Shown here one piece after another: positions 39,901 to 54,000 of a DNA stretch of 64,000 nucleotides. Location: NCBI RefSeq assembly GCF_009834535.1, contig NC_045696.1, positions 79,424,001-79,488,000 on the forward strand, written 5' to 3'. The notes under the pieces are model-generated. The model was not told where the DNA came from. It saw nothing but the letters and a program-made list of their open reading frames with translations, and did not search any database. A program made the position numbers and the translations under genes. This stretch comes from Camelus ferus (lineage: Eukaryota). The stretch's first letter is position 1. The number at the start of each line of letters is the position of its first letter.

Positions 39901-42900
39901 CACAGAAGTGATGCCAAAGGTCTATATAAGGAATAAATTAGTACATCAATCAGATGTTTCCCAAAAGGCAGTTGTTGAGGAGCATATGTAAGACCTTCAT
40001 TTTATTGCCTGACTTCTTCACACTTTCCAGAATGTACCTATGTTACTTAAATACAGACAAAATCTAAGAAAACCACATTCTAAGGAAATATTTGCCCTAT
40101 ACCCTATCTCTTCTCCAACTTCTGCCCCAATATACAATGCTACTACCAAATAAATAAATAAGCAAGCCAACAGATAAATAGCTTTTCTAAATTATGTCAA
40201 AGATTAAACGGAATTATGGGTGCAGGTAATTGCCATATCAGCAGTTCTCTTACTGAAGCACCACTCACAGCACAAAGGGATGGCGTGGGTTTTAGCAGGT
40301 AGCTCTAACTGCAGGTATATGCGGTATTAGAAAAGTAGACCACAGGAAAATGAAAGTCCCGTCTCAAGGAAACTAATACAAAAAGCATGCCTGGATACAA
40401 AGTTAACATACTAAGCCAAAATTGCTACAGAAAAGTAAAAACATTGTGAAAAAGTAGAATATATTCTCCAACTTCATAAGTCAGACCCAAGCTCATCAAG
40501 TTAAAGGCAGGTCCTAAGAGGTCAACCGCATTAAGTAGGTCTAATCTCAGCCTGGAACTTTTTTCCTGAGAAGCATCCCTGTGGTTTTTTTTATTTTACA
40601 TCTGTAGCAATAACTTAACTTGCATTTGTTCCAAAATGAATTTCATGCTCAACTTGTTTGTCTTAATTAAACTTCCTTTAGCTGACCCTAATATGTGTAT
40701 TTATTAAAACTCATTAGTCCCATTCACGCCCATTATTTTTTGGCTACACATTCATATATTGAAGTGTTCTGCTGCTATATATAGGGAGAATATTAAATAA
40801 TAAATGTGGGGATTGAACGTTTTATGAGTGTCAGGATGAGAGAGTGCTTGCAAGGCCCATAAGGTTTCACACAAAAGAGGCATTACTGCTAAAGCTAACA
40901 TGCTGACACATCTCTGATCTATAAAGTCTGCAGTAATGGCAGCAGTAAAGCGTTTTGCCATTGACTAGAATTTCTCTTACATGCAACGGAAATAGGCACA
41001 GAAGAGATTATATTGACTATTATAAAAAGAATTCATATAAAATCCCCCAAAAGTTTAATGTCTAATAATTTCAAATGCCTGGAGTGATTTACTATTTTTC
41101 CCTGACTTCAGTTAAGCTTCAAGTTGGCAGTTTTTCTTTTTTCACACGTTTGCTACCAAATAGGTGGGGGTTTTTTTGGGGGGGGGGATATTCAAGGCAG
41201 AAATAATTCATATCCTTTTATAGCAACATAGCAATATTTGACATTGTCAATGCAATGCCATTAATAACAAAGCAAAAATAATCAAACCTGTTACTATTAA
41301 GGAGTTATTCTTCTTAGGAACAACTGAGAATGTTGCTATCCTACAAGATTAAGAGGTTAGCTACCTCAAAATGTTTTAAATTACCTTTTAAAGGCATTAA
41401 AGAGGACACCCTAGATTCATCATGAGTGTTCTATGTTAATTTTCTTAAAAATTTTTTTCTCGGCTTTGCAAATTGGAAATATTAAAAATTAAAACTTTAA
41501 AAGTTTTAAGGTTTTTTTTTTGTATTTCTATAAATTTCTATAAATAAAGAAAAAGAGATGGAAAATTTGCATTTGGGAATACCATGTGTTAAATTTCAAC
41601 AAATCATTAAAAACGGATTGCCCTTTTCATTTTGCTTTCAATTAAGAGTGTGAGGTAATTTCCTTTTTAAAAAATCGGTTAATGTAGAATAACATTTACT
41701 CTATTTAAATGTCTTCAAATCATAGAAAGAATCTGCTACAAATGTATTAGCTCCCCCTGAATGTTAGGCTTTCAAGGGACAGGCGCAGCAAAGCTCTAGT
41801 GAATGCAACATCAGTTTTTCCATGGCGATGAGCTTTAGGGAACCCAGTGCTACTTCTTGTCACACACATTAGGCACTGTGCTTACAACTTTCAGGGCTAA
41901 CTGAGGGTTTCCATTTCTTTACCCCAAACTACCAAATTTTGTGTTATTATGTAGCAAAATTGGAACAGCTGATCAAGGATACCATGTTCTTTTTAAAAAT
42001 TATGACAAAAAAAATATGTATCTGGATAAGGTAGAGCAAATGTAATTAATTTTCTAAGTGAACTCTTCAGGTTTCTCAGTAGTTCTTAAGAGTCATCCAC
42101 TCAATTAGTAGAGAATATTTATGTAACTGGGTAACTTGCCCTTCATTTACTGGCTACAGCTTCAAATTTTTTTTGTAGTGTGGAGTTTTCTTTATTTTTA
42201 TTTCAATCATTATCAACCTTCTAAAAGTGGATCTACCACCTACAAAGTTTACCAAAGTTTTATGTAGGAACTGCCTGTAGAAACCATAGAGTGGGCCAAA
42301 GTTTCCCCCTTTCCATTTCACTGCCAAAAGAAAATGGAATGAGGGACTAGAAAGTATTGGTTATTCTTGACAGAGAAAAATATTGTTCAGCCATGACAAA
42401 TGCACTTAAGCTGCCTCTTCTGCTTTAGCACCCTGGCACATGCCAGGACCACTGGGTCAGTGGTTGTGAAATATTCAGGTTAATTTTTAAAACAACTTCC
42501 TTTTTCATATTTCATATTCTCCATCTACTTTTATAGTATCAACATTATATTCTCTACTAGCCTAAAAAGAGGAATTCCAGCCCATCTCCCGTTCACCTTT
42601 ATTATTTATTTGCTATTATCATCTAGTATGTTATGTGCTAGCTGTCTTTTTAAAATTTAAACTTCAAAAAAAGATGTTAAATATTATTGGATTATGTGGC
42701 TAGGATCAGTGGCTAGAATGTACCAATACACAGAACATCCATTTTTCTAGTTCAAGTTGCACATGAACCACATGACTTAGGGCTGTGCTGAAGAAGAAGA
42801 AGGAGAAGGTGGTGGCAAACCTAGTCTCTCAGATAGTTCCTAACAGTTGGGCTTGTAGAAACAATTTCTTACTGTTTTTATCGTCTTTAGACAAGCCTCC

Positions 42901-43764
42901 ACAAGTCTGAAGAAATACGAAACAACTGTTCCACTGGAGAATTCTTGGGAGACAGGAGTTTCATATTTTGCTATTTAATCTCAAAAAAGAAAAAGAAACA
43001 GCATTGTGCTTGTTTCAGAATTCAGATTCAAGAACCACATATACACACACAAATCCAGGAAGAAAGTTTGGGGAAGCTCCTCTTTAACACCAGAATGTCT
43101 GATGTATCTGGAATTCCTGAAATGAGCACTGAGACGATGAGTGCTTTAGATGACATTGAAGAGCTGCCTTTCAATTAGTTCATACTTAATAAAAAGACTT
43201 CAGTGCTAAAACCATAGAAATATCTACATACATTTCATAATCTGTAAACAGAAACCACTGAAAAATATTCGATGTTTTTCTTTAAAAGATTAAAATGTAG
43301 TAAATACATCATTTTATATCTTACCATTTATTTAGCTCCATTTTATTCTAATGCAGTTTAGTGTCTGAGGTTTAAAATTTAACGAACTGGCCTTAAATAG
43401 GAAAAGTCAACTAAAATTATGGAGCTGACGTATAAGCTTATAAAGGGAAGGGAGTGCATTAATTTATTTAGCATATCTCTATGCATATTTTAAATAAATC
43501 AGTCCTTAATATGTAATTGTTCTGAACTTATGTGGGCTCCAAAATTGGTTCAGAATAATATGCTTTTCTGGATTCCAAAGCAACTTTTAGTTTCCTGAGT
43601 CAATTAATATTCACTCATTTGGGTGATTAATTTTAATTATATCTGATGAAATTGATTTTCCTTCTGCAAATAAAGATGAGCTTTTCTTGAGAGCTGCGAA
43701 ACAACATTAAAAAAACAAAACAAAACAAACACAAACACAAACAAACAAACAAAAACCCCTGAAT

Positions 43765-45420
43765 TCAGCCGCAAGAAAATGTCTGGGAACGCGCGCACCG
43801 CTCAGTTGGAAAGAAAAGCCAGTAAGTGGGGAAGCAGCTAGGGTAGGGATGCATCCGAAATGCAGCCAGCTTGCCTGGCGCACTTGCCAGCCTGGGCCCT
43901 CGGCAGAAAGGCTGCAATGCCTTCCTGGACTCGTCCAACTCGAAAAAAGTTACCTCGGACTGTATTATGCAAAGTCGTGCAAGCGAATTACAAGACAACA
44001 TGTGTGGCCGGTCACCCACTTCTACTGTCTCTATCCGATGCAGTGACCCTGTAACCCTTTAGTGTTCGGCCGAGAGAAGGGGGAGGCGGGAAGGGGAAGG
44101 AAGAAGGAGGGAGGGAGAAGGAGACAATACGAAAACGGCCAATTTCCCCTGCAAAATTCCCCTAGAAGCCAAGACAGCCAGCAAAACCCGCCGCCGAGGC
44201 GGCAGCGGTTTCTGCTTGGGCTGTCCCCCTCCACATGCAGGTTTCCCAAGGCATCGCTGCCTCCTCTCAAAGTAGCACCAGGAGAAAGCACTGGATCCAA
44301 GAGGAATCTCCCAGCTGAGAGATTTTCAATGCAAAGTTGAGAGCTTAGAGGGTTGCTTGGCTTCCCCACCGACGCCACAAAAGAAGGTTTTTAAGCTCGA
44401 TCTAGGTAGCTCCCTAGCGATCCACCAGAGATGCGCGAGGTGGTTTACATCCCCCCTTCTCTTCCCATTTCACAGGCACCGCGGCCGCAGCACCTTCCGC
44501 GCAGCGGCACACAGACCCAGGCAGCCCCTTCCCAATAAAAGACCCCCAAACTTACCCTCAGTAAGATAAATCCACAGAGGGAGCCCCTCATCTTCCCCAG
44601 GTCCCCTTCCAATAATTGAAAGAGACAGTTTCTACAGCACTTCGCCGTAAATGCAAGCTGAATTGCTCAAAGTATTTACCAGTTCCTAGACGCTTTTTTT
44701 TTTTTCGGAATCTCGAGCACCCAGCAATTCTTGCTTCAGATTCGAAGATGCCTCCTTTATTTTTTTTTTCTTCTTTAAGCAGCCGCAACCCCAGTTTTGT
44801 GCTCCCCCCTTTCTTTCTTTCCTTTTTTTTTTTTTTTATTCACCCACGGACACTTCCAAAACGTATCGATTGATCCTTTTTTCTCTCCAGATGCAAACAC
44901 GATCCGGAATCTTTGGGACCCAAAGCCACCTCCATGTAAATCCGACCATCAGGCAAGAAATACAAATGATCAAACAACGTTACTTCTTTCAGCTGCAATC
45001 AGATAATCCTACTAATCCAATAGATTTATCTCGATTGGAAATTGACCTCAAAAATGAATCCCTGGTGCTGATGTCCAGTAGAGCGATTTCGTAGCCCTGT
45101 TCGGGTGACCAAAAGAACTGTGGATTCTTTCTTTTTCTTTCTTCTTTAAAAAAAAAAAATCTTTTTGGATTCTGGGTGCACTGCTCGCAAAAAAATGCCG
45201 AGGACCCTGGTTTTCCCCTAATATAGGTTTCTACTCCAAATCGGTGCAGGGATGAAAAATGGTACAAAGATACCCCTAGTGGCTCGAGGTGATATTACAG
45301 GGATCTCACTTTTTATTTTTATTTTTTTAAATCCCCTCTCCTCACCTTTTTCCTTCTTTTTTTTTTTCCCTCCCCCCTCTCCTTTAGATAACTGGCTGCT
45401 AACGTAGTTAAACAAGAGGA
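43765..45420 (-). promoter_or_regulatory. CpG-enriched region; probable NLGN1 alternative promoter with non-coding first exon(s)
   Basis: CpG density rises sharply (cgcgcg, ccgccgccg, cgcggccgc) against a depleted background, and no repeat is recognisable. Minus-strand donors GAGG|GTAAGT (exon end 44556) and CGAG|GTAACT (exon end 43954) point toward the acceptor at 27833. Confidence 0.65.
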
Positions 45421-46009
45421 GGGCTGAATAGAGATTAAGATGAATATTATATGACTATTTCAAAAAGTTGTCTGATCTTTCTTCTTTGTTTTACTTTAAA
45501 GACTGAATCTTCAGTGCTTCTGTCTCCTCAGTATTTCAGCTTTTTTTCCTGCAGAATTTTCCCCAATGGCATTGAGTAGCTTAAATGTCAATTTGGGGCA
45601 GCTAGTAATTTCAAAGCAAATGTATCTGTTTCCTAAATAACTACAGATATCAAAAGAAGCCTCAGTATTCCTGAGTTCTACTGTTTTTAGAAAAAAGCTT
45701 AACATGTCCTTCCCTTTAAAGGAATTTTTTCTTTCTTTCTTTCTTTCTTTCTTTGTTTATTTAAACATCTATTCTCGTTTTGTATTTTTGATGTTCAGTC
45801 AGCAGAGCAGATGATGGCTGCTGTGAGCCAGTGATTGAAGAGCAAGACCCAAGGATCATTACACAGGCCTCAATGTTGCTCACCTGAATCCTTCGCAATT
45901 CAATGACCTCAGGACTACTACCAGCATTTTTGGCAGGTTTCAGAGAAAAAGAATCAATGCAATGAATTTCAGGCTTCCGTTTGGTAAGCAATATTTCATA
46001 AACTTTCTG

Positions 46010-46130
46010 GTGCCTACCAATAACCCAGGAATCTTTTAAAAATGAAGATTCTGATTCAGGGTGGCCAAGGAAGGGATGAAATTCTGCATTTCTACCAAGA
46101 CCTCTGACCACACTTTGATTATCATGGGCC
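46010..46130. mobile_element. MER5-like hAT-Charlie fragment
   Basis: aaaaatgaagattctgattcag...ttctgcatttctaccaag...gaccacactttga. Confidence 0.55.
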
Positions 46131-46359
46131 AAGTTCCTGCTGGTGGGTGCAGTAGCTACAAGGACTCCAAGATCTTCTTTCTTAACTGACTAAATAATTA
46201 AACCTTTTTAGTTTACAAGCTATTAAGGAGACAAGAGATCTTCATTCTACCACTGGTTTTGCTATTAATTGGCTATGTGACTTTGAGCAGTCACTTTTGA
46301 TCCAGGGTTAATTTATCTATTAAAATTAGAGAATAAACTCAAACAAATTAACAGATATA

Positions 46360-47700
46360 CTTATTCCTGGATGGAAGACTCAATATTGTAAATTAACCTA
46401 TAAAATTAATTATTAAAAGCCCACTGTAGTTTTTCATAGAACTTGAAAAATTAATTCTAAAATGTCTGCAAGAAGAAACAGTCAAAACTTGTCAATACAA
46501 TTTTGAAGAACAAGGTGTGAGGAATTTCCACATTGACTATTAGGGCTTAATACCCAATGACGGTAATTGAGTAATTGTAGCTTTGATTCAGGGATAGAAG
46601 TTAGTCCAGGGGAGAAGAACAGACGGCTGAGAGATACAGCCTCACACTTACGGAAATTTGATAAATACCGGGTGGCATTTAGAAGGCAGTAAGGAAAGAT
46701 AAATTATTCAGACATTAAATTAAGCATATGAAAAAATGTACATACATCAAAAAAGTCAAAGCATAGACTGAGAAAAGATATTTGCCGTGGAATATCTTTG
46801 GTTGTATAACCAAAGAAGGATTAGTATCCAAGTGCATAAAGATTTCTTATAAATTTATAAAGACAAAAAATAAGCCAACAAGATGAACAGTCAAAGATAG
46901 AAGAGGATTCTCAATGTCCAATAAACATCTGAAAAAGATACTCAATTTCCCTAGTTATTAGAGAAATGCAAGTTAAAATGATGAAATATCACTTCACAAC
47001 TAAGAAATTGGCAAAATTTTATAGGTCCAGCAATATGAAATATTGATTGGGTGCAGAGAAACCATGAGGAACATGTAATAGTGCAATTTCAGAGAGCAGT
47101 TTAGTGATAAAGATTCTCCTGTCCCAGAATCCAACCTCTCGACTCCTATATTCTACATCTCTATGGCATGTACAGAAAATATTCACTGCAGAATTACTTG
47201 AAAGAGAAAAAAGAAAAACATCTTTGGATACACAAGTGAACAAGAAATTTATAGAACATTCATATACTGCAATATTAGATGCAGTAAGAAGAAAAATGAA
47301 TGCACTATAACTACTTGAATTAGCATGAATGTATCTCAAAAATGCAATGTGGAGCAGCAACAACAAAAGCAGTTTGCAGAAAGATCCTTGTGGGATCATA
47401 CATATACATATATATATCAAGTTTTAAAACATTACCATATTAATATATGTAATTATAATTTTATCTGTTATTTTTGAGCTTATGCAATGTAGCAAAAGTA
47501 TATAAGCATACATGATCATGATAAACATGAAGCTCAGGGTATAGGTCATCTGGGATGAATTGCAGTTAATGAAATTAGAAAGACATCATGGGGAATTTCA
47601 ATCAAATGTTCTGTGCTTTATTTCAAGCTGAATCTTGACTACACAGGTGTTTGTAATATTACATACAAATTGTATGTCTGAACCATTTCCTTAAAATGAT
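46360..47700 (+). mobile_element. Old L1 (L1M/L1ME-like), degraded ORF2 end and 3'UTR
   Basis: tggaagactcaatattgtaaa, gaacttgaaaaattaattctaaaat and ttagagaaatgcaagttaaaatgatgaaatatcacttcaca. Confidence 0.75.
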
Positions 47701-50236
47701 ATATTTAAACTAGATGATTTCTATGAACTCTTACAGTTTTAGAAAAAAACTTCTAATTAGAGTAAGTATATATAGAAGTGAAAAAATGTATGAGAGCTCA
47801 GAATTTCATAATGTGTTCTCTGTATAGATATCTATAGAGTTTTTTTCCCTTAAATTCTGTAGTACCTTATATTTCTAAGAACTGGAAATGAATAGATGTT
47901 TATTTACTTCTATAATGGGTATAAAAATTTCCAGCTAGCAAGCAAAAACCACCACCTATATGAGAAAAATGTGGTTGAAATAGGGAAAAAAAAAACTAAG
48001 CCTCAACTGGCACTTTTTTCTTTTTTCTTTTTTGTATTTTCCTTTGATTTCACATACAGCAACAGGGCCTCTAAAGTTCCGATATAAGCAATCAATCAAT
48101 CATATTTAGGTATGACCAGTTAACTGGAAACCTTAAATCCAGAGTAACCCTAAGCCAAACTACAACACAAAAGAAAATTCTTGCAGAATATTTAAAATAT
48201 ATATGTAAATTCAAATAAGGAGGCTTTGTTGATGTGAAATACGAGAATTGGAAATCTCACTCCAAAGTCATTAGGCAGTATTTTTCATAATTCATGCAAA
48301 ATAGGAGGGGATACCAAATATCAGGCAAGAATTTTTTAGAGCCCAAAGTTAGAAGTAAAATGAGTATTTTACCAGTTAATACTCTCAACTCTCACTGAAC
48401 TCAGGGAAGATGGACAAATCTTTAAACAATAGATTGTCAACCATTTAGAACAGTTCCTGGGCAATAAGCAAAGCAGCTTTGTTATAAAAAAAAGACTGAG
48501 AGATAATTTAATTTCCTTTGATGATAGAACAGACAAGGGAGCAGAAGTAGATAGAACATTTCTGAAATTTGGAGAGGTTGACACATTCTTTCTGCAACCA
48601 CTTACTGAATACCTACCTCTTGCACACTGGGCACAGTACAAAGCATATCACAGAAGAGTTAACTTTGAGATCAACCACCACCACGACCGTGAGTTTGCTA
48701 TTGATGATTGACTTGTTGATTGTAAATGGTTAGTAATTATTCTGAATTAATACTTCACCATGCATATTGAAGAGACATAGATATTAATATAAAATGGTTC
48801 ATTTTCAGTGTGTTTAAGTACAACTTGGTTTGACAGGTCAAAAGAGTCAATGAAAGTGAAAGAGTGAAAGAAAGAGAAGTAGGAGGATGAGAGTATGAAT
48901 AAAACTCACTTCTTTCCCTGGTGATTTACTTTACAAAGATGGTAGAAACTTACTTAATCGCTGTGGCCATCACAGTACAAATGATTAGTGAATGAATGAC
49001 TTAATAGATCAAAGAGTGAAATCAGTTGGCACCTGAAGAAAACAAATTTATTCTCTGCATTGGATGGACTTTAATCTCTCTTCAGAGAATGAAATTAATA
49101 GAGGAAGGAAGTATAAAATCATTATGACTAACAATAATGGGAAATAAAAGGCCATTGATGGCAAACTTGAGAACTAATTGGAATATAGGATTCCAGTTTG
49201 ACTACGTCACTAATATTTCAGCTGTGCTAAAACCCCTGGTAGGTACGATTATACATCTTACTTTGATTTCTGTACTGTAAATAAATAAAAAATGATTAAT
49301 AAAAAATGGGACATGTAAAGAAATGGCATCATTCTTTTACAAATAGATGAGAAATATTTAATTGTTGCTTTTAATACAAGAAGAATATTATAAAAAGAGG
49401 GTTGTGATTTTTTTTTTTTGATAATTGATACAAAAGCACACTTTTACAACCAGGTCAAATCAAGTAAGTTCTGTCTAGTAGTAAACATTTTAGGATGTTA
49501 TGAAAGATTGGTCTATGTCTGAAAAGATAAATAAATAACATAAAATATTGTAAAGCTGATTTCAAAAGCAAGTCTTGGGGAAAAAATATCCCTCAACCAT
49601 CTTCAGAACTCCCCTGATGTAACCTCATTTTAAGTGCTCAAGACTTGAATCTCAATGAATGGCAACAGGGAATTATGAAAGGCATAAAAATAAAAAGTGT
49701 TGCAACATTACAAGGCCTAACTACTGCAGAGGTGGCTATTTACAAAGAGGTTCTTTCTTCAGGGAAGAGTCTGCTCACACAATTCTGCTTAATTAGAAGA
49801 GACTACTTAAAACACTTGACTGATACTGAATATTGCAGGTATGTATTGGGAGCACACACCTGCTTGAATGCTAAATTTCCCAGATGCATCTTTATATTTC
49901 ATGGTTTGAAGACCTGTAACGGGAACCAAGGAAGGAATGATCAAGACTAGATATTTTAGGATGAGATTGTTACATAGAGAAGTAGGGCTTCTTCATTAAG
50001 GCTGGTTTGAGATAATGAAACATTTTTAAAGCTCAGATGCTTAAGTCACAAATAAAACCAGATTTTCAAAACAAACTTAAATTGGTTTGAATTGTTAAAA
50101 ACTCCCAAATATTTGTGCCACTATACTAATAATTAAGAATAATTGGTTCTGTTTCTTTTTGAAGGAGCTCTTTTTTTATAACATCTATAATTTATATTAT
50201 ATTTTATTGGTACAATTATTCTTTACATACATTTTC

Positions 50237-50380
50237 GGGGGGGAGGGTATAACTCAAGTGGTAGAGCACATGCTTAGCATGCATGAGGTCCTGGGTTCAA
50301 TCCCCAGTACTCCCTCTAAAAATAAACAAATAAATAAATCTAATTATGCTCCCCCCCCAAAAAAAAAACTAAATAAAAAA
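50237..50380 (+). mobile_element. tRNA-derived SINE (camelid Vic-1 type)
   Basis: GGGGAGGGTATAACTCAAGTGGTAGAGC (A box), GGTTCAATCCC (B box) and an A-rich tail. Flanked by a 13-bp target-site duplication (TSD): tacatacattttc (50224-50236) and tacataaattttc (50381-50393). Confidence 0.88.
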
Positions 50381-52235
50381 TACATAAATTTTCAACTTTA
50401 AAGATCTTGGTTGTTAATAGCTTAATACAGTATTATTCCATGGAATATTTGACTTATCTTAAAATGTAGATTTGTATATATTTTTAAGATTGAATAATAA
50501 TTATACTGACCCTCTCATAACCTCGTAGCAGGTTTTCTTGATATTTTAGCTGCTTTTGACTCTATCATACCATGATTGATTCTAATCCATTGCAGTGTAC
50601 TCTAGAATGAGTTAAATTATATAAAATGACCTTAAGTATTCCTTTACTACTGAATAAATATAACCAGGAAACCATCCTATTGCACAGCATCCATTAAAGT
50701 TTATTGTATAATATTAGCTTATTTGAATCTATATTTCCAGTATTAGCAAAACTTACAGAAAACTTGACCTAATTAACGGAAAAGCCACATGAAAATTAAT
50801 GTTCTGTAGTTCAAGCTGGAAAAGAAAATTTTTAGTTATATCCCAGTGGTACTGCCATCTCATTGACTTCACAGACACGGGTTGGCTACTCTTTTTTCTC
50901 TGAATAGGATTTTATGCTAATTGCAGAATTAAAAGTAAACACTAGCCTGGATTTTCATCATTGTTCAGTTAGTGATTTAATGAGCATCATCTACCTATCC
51001 CAAAATATTTAGTACCATAATTCCCTAAAACATTAAATAAAGGAGACCTTTAAATGACATCTTAAAAGGGAATGAATCTTTCTGTCTCTGGGCGTGTGTG
51101 TGTGCACACACACGCATGACTGTGTGTTTCTGTGTATATCTCCATTTCTTTCCCTTTCTTTCACTCCCTCTCTCCCTCTGTCTCTGTCTGTCTGTCTTTC
51201 CCTCTCAGGATCTCTGAACAGGTTAAGCTGCCTCTTTAGTTAATTTTTGAGTATTTACATCAAACTGGGAATTATGCCACAAATGTTTCAAAGTGATGAA
51301 TTTTTCTAAAATCACACATGTATTTAAATTTTGAGCTTACTTTTTTATTGTATGTGAATAAAATTTATTTCTGAGACCTGTAAACAAACAATAAAATGAC
51401 ACAATTAAATAGAACAATAAAACCATATCACACTTAATGTATAAGAAGTTGTTCAACCTCCCAACCATCTATTCTAAAACTCATGACCTTCAGCTTAAGC
51501 ATTTTGGCTTTTTCTCTAAAAATTATCCAGACCTCCTGGAGATAAGCAAGTTAATAAATGATGTTTTGTTATTTAAAAAAAATGAAATCCTGACCCTTTA
51601 TTTCTAAGATGTACTAGAAGGGAGGAAGAGAAGATAAGAGAGAAAACAATAATTTTTAAAAAGTAGTTGCTTAAGTAGATTACGTAGAGAAGATAATGTC
51701 AAAAAAGTTCAAAGCAAGATTTGTTTTAAGTCACAAAGTTGATAGATTAGGGAGGCAGTTTACATAACAAAGTTTACCTATTATATGATGAAATGTATAA
51801 ATTTTGGCTATCTGTAATACATTAAACCAATTCTTAATTCACATCCTCATCATTCACACGTCTGATCAAAGATATAGGAAACATCTCATAGCTGAAATTA
51901 GTTTTACCAGGATTCAAACAAATCAATAAAACAAGCAGAGTACATTTGGACTATGACCCAAAGAACTACAGTTTTATAGTCCTTGTATAGACTCCAAAGA
52001 TCTCCTCTTGCTAAATAGGAAAAACCCAAGAAGGCAAATGACTGATGTAACTAAGGTCACACTGAAGTCCTTGATCGATGGCATTGACAGATGAGAAGCC
52101 ATTGTACCATGCCACTTTGGACTTGTTGCCACTTATGTTTGGTTGTTGGTATTAAAGTGTCATTGTTCTTAAACCAAATTTTAAAAACTGTAATTAACAA
52201 ACAAGCCAAGAAAACATAACATCAGGTGTACTTAA

Positions 52236-52715
52236 TACTGTAAGCAGAACAATGGCCCTCCAAAGATGTCCACATTCTATGCTCTGGAATCTGTGAGCAC
52301 ATTAGCTTACATCACACAGGGACTTGGCAGGTGTGATTCAGTTGAGGATCTTGGGATGGGCCTGATGTAATCACAACGGTCCTTATTGGAAGAAGGCAAA
52401 GAGTCAGAGTCAGAGTAACAGATGTGATAATAGAGGCAGAGATCATCGGGAGGTAAACTAAGGGAGAAATTTGAAGATGCTACACTGCTGGCTTAGAAAA
52501 TGGAGGAAAGAGCCATAAGCTAAGGAATGAAGGTGGCCTCTGGAAGTTAGAAAAGGCAAAGAAGTGGATTCCTCCCTAGAGCCTCCAGAAGAACACAGCC
52601 CTTGCCAACCCATTTTAGACTTCTAACTTCCTGAGCTGCAAGTGAATAGATTGGTGTTGTTTTAAGTCATCAGATATGTGGTAATTTGTTATACCAGCAA
52701 TAGGAAAATAACACA
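52236..52715 (+). mobile_element. Solo MaLR LTR (MLT1D-like), complete
   Basis: agcagaacaatggccctccaaagatgtccac...ctagagcctccagaag...gtggtaatttgttataccagcaataggaaaataacaca. Perfect 5-bp TSD cttaa at 52231-52235 and 52716-52720. Confidence 0.9.
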
Positions 52716-52756
52716 CTTAATTAAAAATATTTTTTAAAAATACTCTGAGAATAATC

Positions 52757-53058
52757 AATGCTACCCAATAGAAACATACTGTGTGCTACATATGGAATTT
52801 TACATTTTCTAACATACTTTTTTTTTTACAAAGAAGTAGAATCAGGTGAAATTAAATTCAATCATTAATTTTACTTAGCTCAGCTTATTAAAAAAGTATT
52901 TCAACCTGCAACCACTACCAAAAATTGTTGAAATATTTTATAATTTTTTTCACCTACAGTATTCAAAATCTAATATTTCTATTAGATATCTAGGTGTCCA
53001 ATTTCATTTCAAGGGCTCCATAGACACATATAAATGACTACCATATTGAATAGTGCAG
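52757..53058 (+). mobile_element. hAT-Charlie non-autonomous DNA transposon (MER33-like)
   Basis: Begins caatgctacccaatagaaacatactgtgtgctacatatg, ends actaccatattgaatagtgcag, with internal caggtgaaattaa. Confidence 0.75.
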
Positions 53059-53549
53059 CTTCAGACCATAAGAAACAAATTTTTAAAAAATCATTTATTA
53101 TTCTATAGATGACTCTAATATTCTTGTATCTATAACAGTCCAGATTAAGAATCATAAAAGAATCTAAAGAAATCAGGATGATTGTATAGCCAATTTTCTG
53201 ATAACTTTGTGCTTGAGAAGTGTATTTAAAAAGAAAGACTGGGAAAGGAAGAACAACAAAATAACGTGAGAGGAGACTATGATTACCTAATGACACTGAG
53301 CTGTCTGATGTTTGTGAAAATTGCTAAGCATAACAGAAAAGAAATGTCTCTGATATTTTCAGAGCAAGAAGATAACCAAGGACGGGATAAGAATGACATT
53401 GCTTGGGGTCAAGTAGGAAATATGAACAAATGACCAAGAGAAGAGCAAACCATTAAACCTGAGGTCCTGATTTCTCCACAGAGAAGAATGATATTCAAAC
53501 TAGAAAAGAATATGGCGGTGAGGAAATGATAAGAAAGCTTAAAGGTGAT

Positions 53550-54000
53550 TTAAATTAGCTTTAGGATTCCAGGTCTAAATCAGATACCTAATAGGAAACA
53601 AAATATTTGAAAATGTGTTCTTGGAACTAATATCCATTATCTTTGAGTCACCATGAAAAAAACACCATGAAAACTGTTAACTGGCCTGCTTTTCAAACAG
53701 AATTCCAGAAACTGAAGTTTACGACTCTTGACATTAACCAAACAGAACCCACAACCAAATGTGTTCACTAAGTGAATGTCAAATCAGAATAAAATCTTTT
53801 TATTAGAGTAACTGGGGTGGCAGAAAAAAAAATGTGGTTTGAATTGTTTATCTTGAGTGCATTTGAGGCCTTTTATGAAAACCACTCATAATTTTCCTCT
53901 GCACGAAATTGTGAATTACCGGCTGAATGATGGAACAGTTGAGTTGATCCTTTGAAAGATGAACAATCATTCTTCTGTATTATCCAATGAATGTTCTTTA
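53550..54000 (+). mobile_element. CR1/L3 LINE fossil
   Basis: ccaggtctaaatcagatac...gaaaatgtgttcttggaactaatatccattatctttgag resembles the CR1 ORF2 segment PGPD..HP.VLKEL..VI.EPLSIIFE. Confidence 0.45.

Noticed and set aside
43765..45415. Dense cluster of overlapping short ORFs
   Set aside because: Expected from higher GC content and homopolymer tracts. No recognisable protein.
50237..50310. tRNA gene
   Set aside because: The tRNA-like head is followed by a SINE tail and flanked by a TSD, so it is a retroposon.
51092..51115. (TG)n/(CA)n near-palindrome (similar one at about 5873-5903) as a pre-miRNA or functional hairpin
   Set aside because: Short low-complexity microsatellite junctions, common in mammalian DNA.
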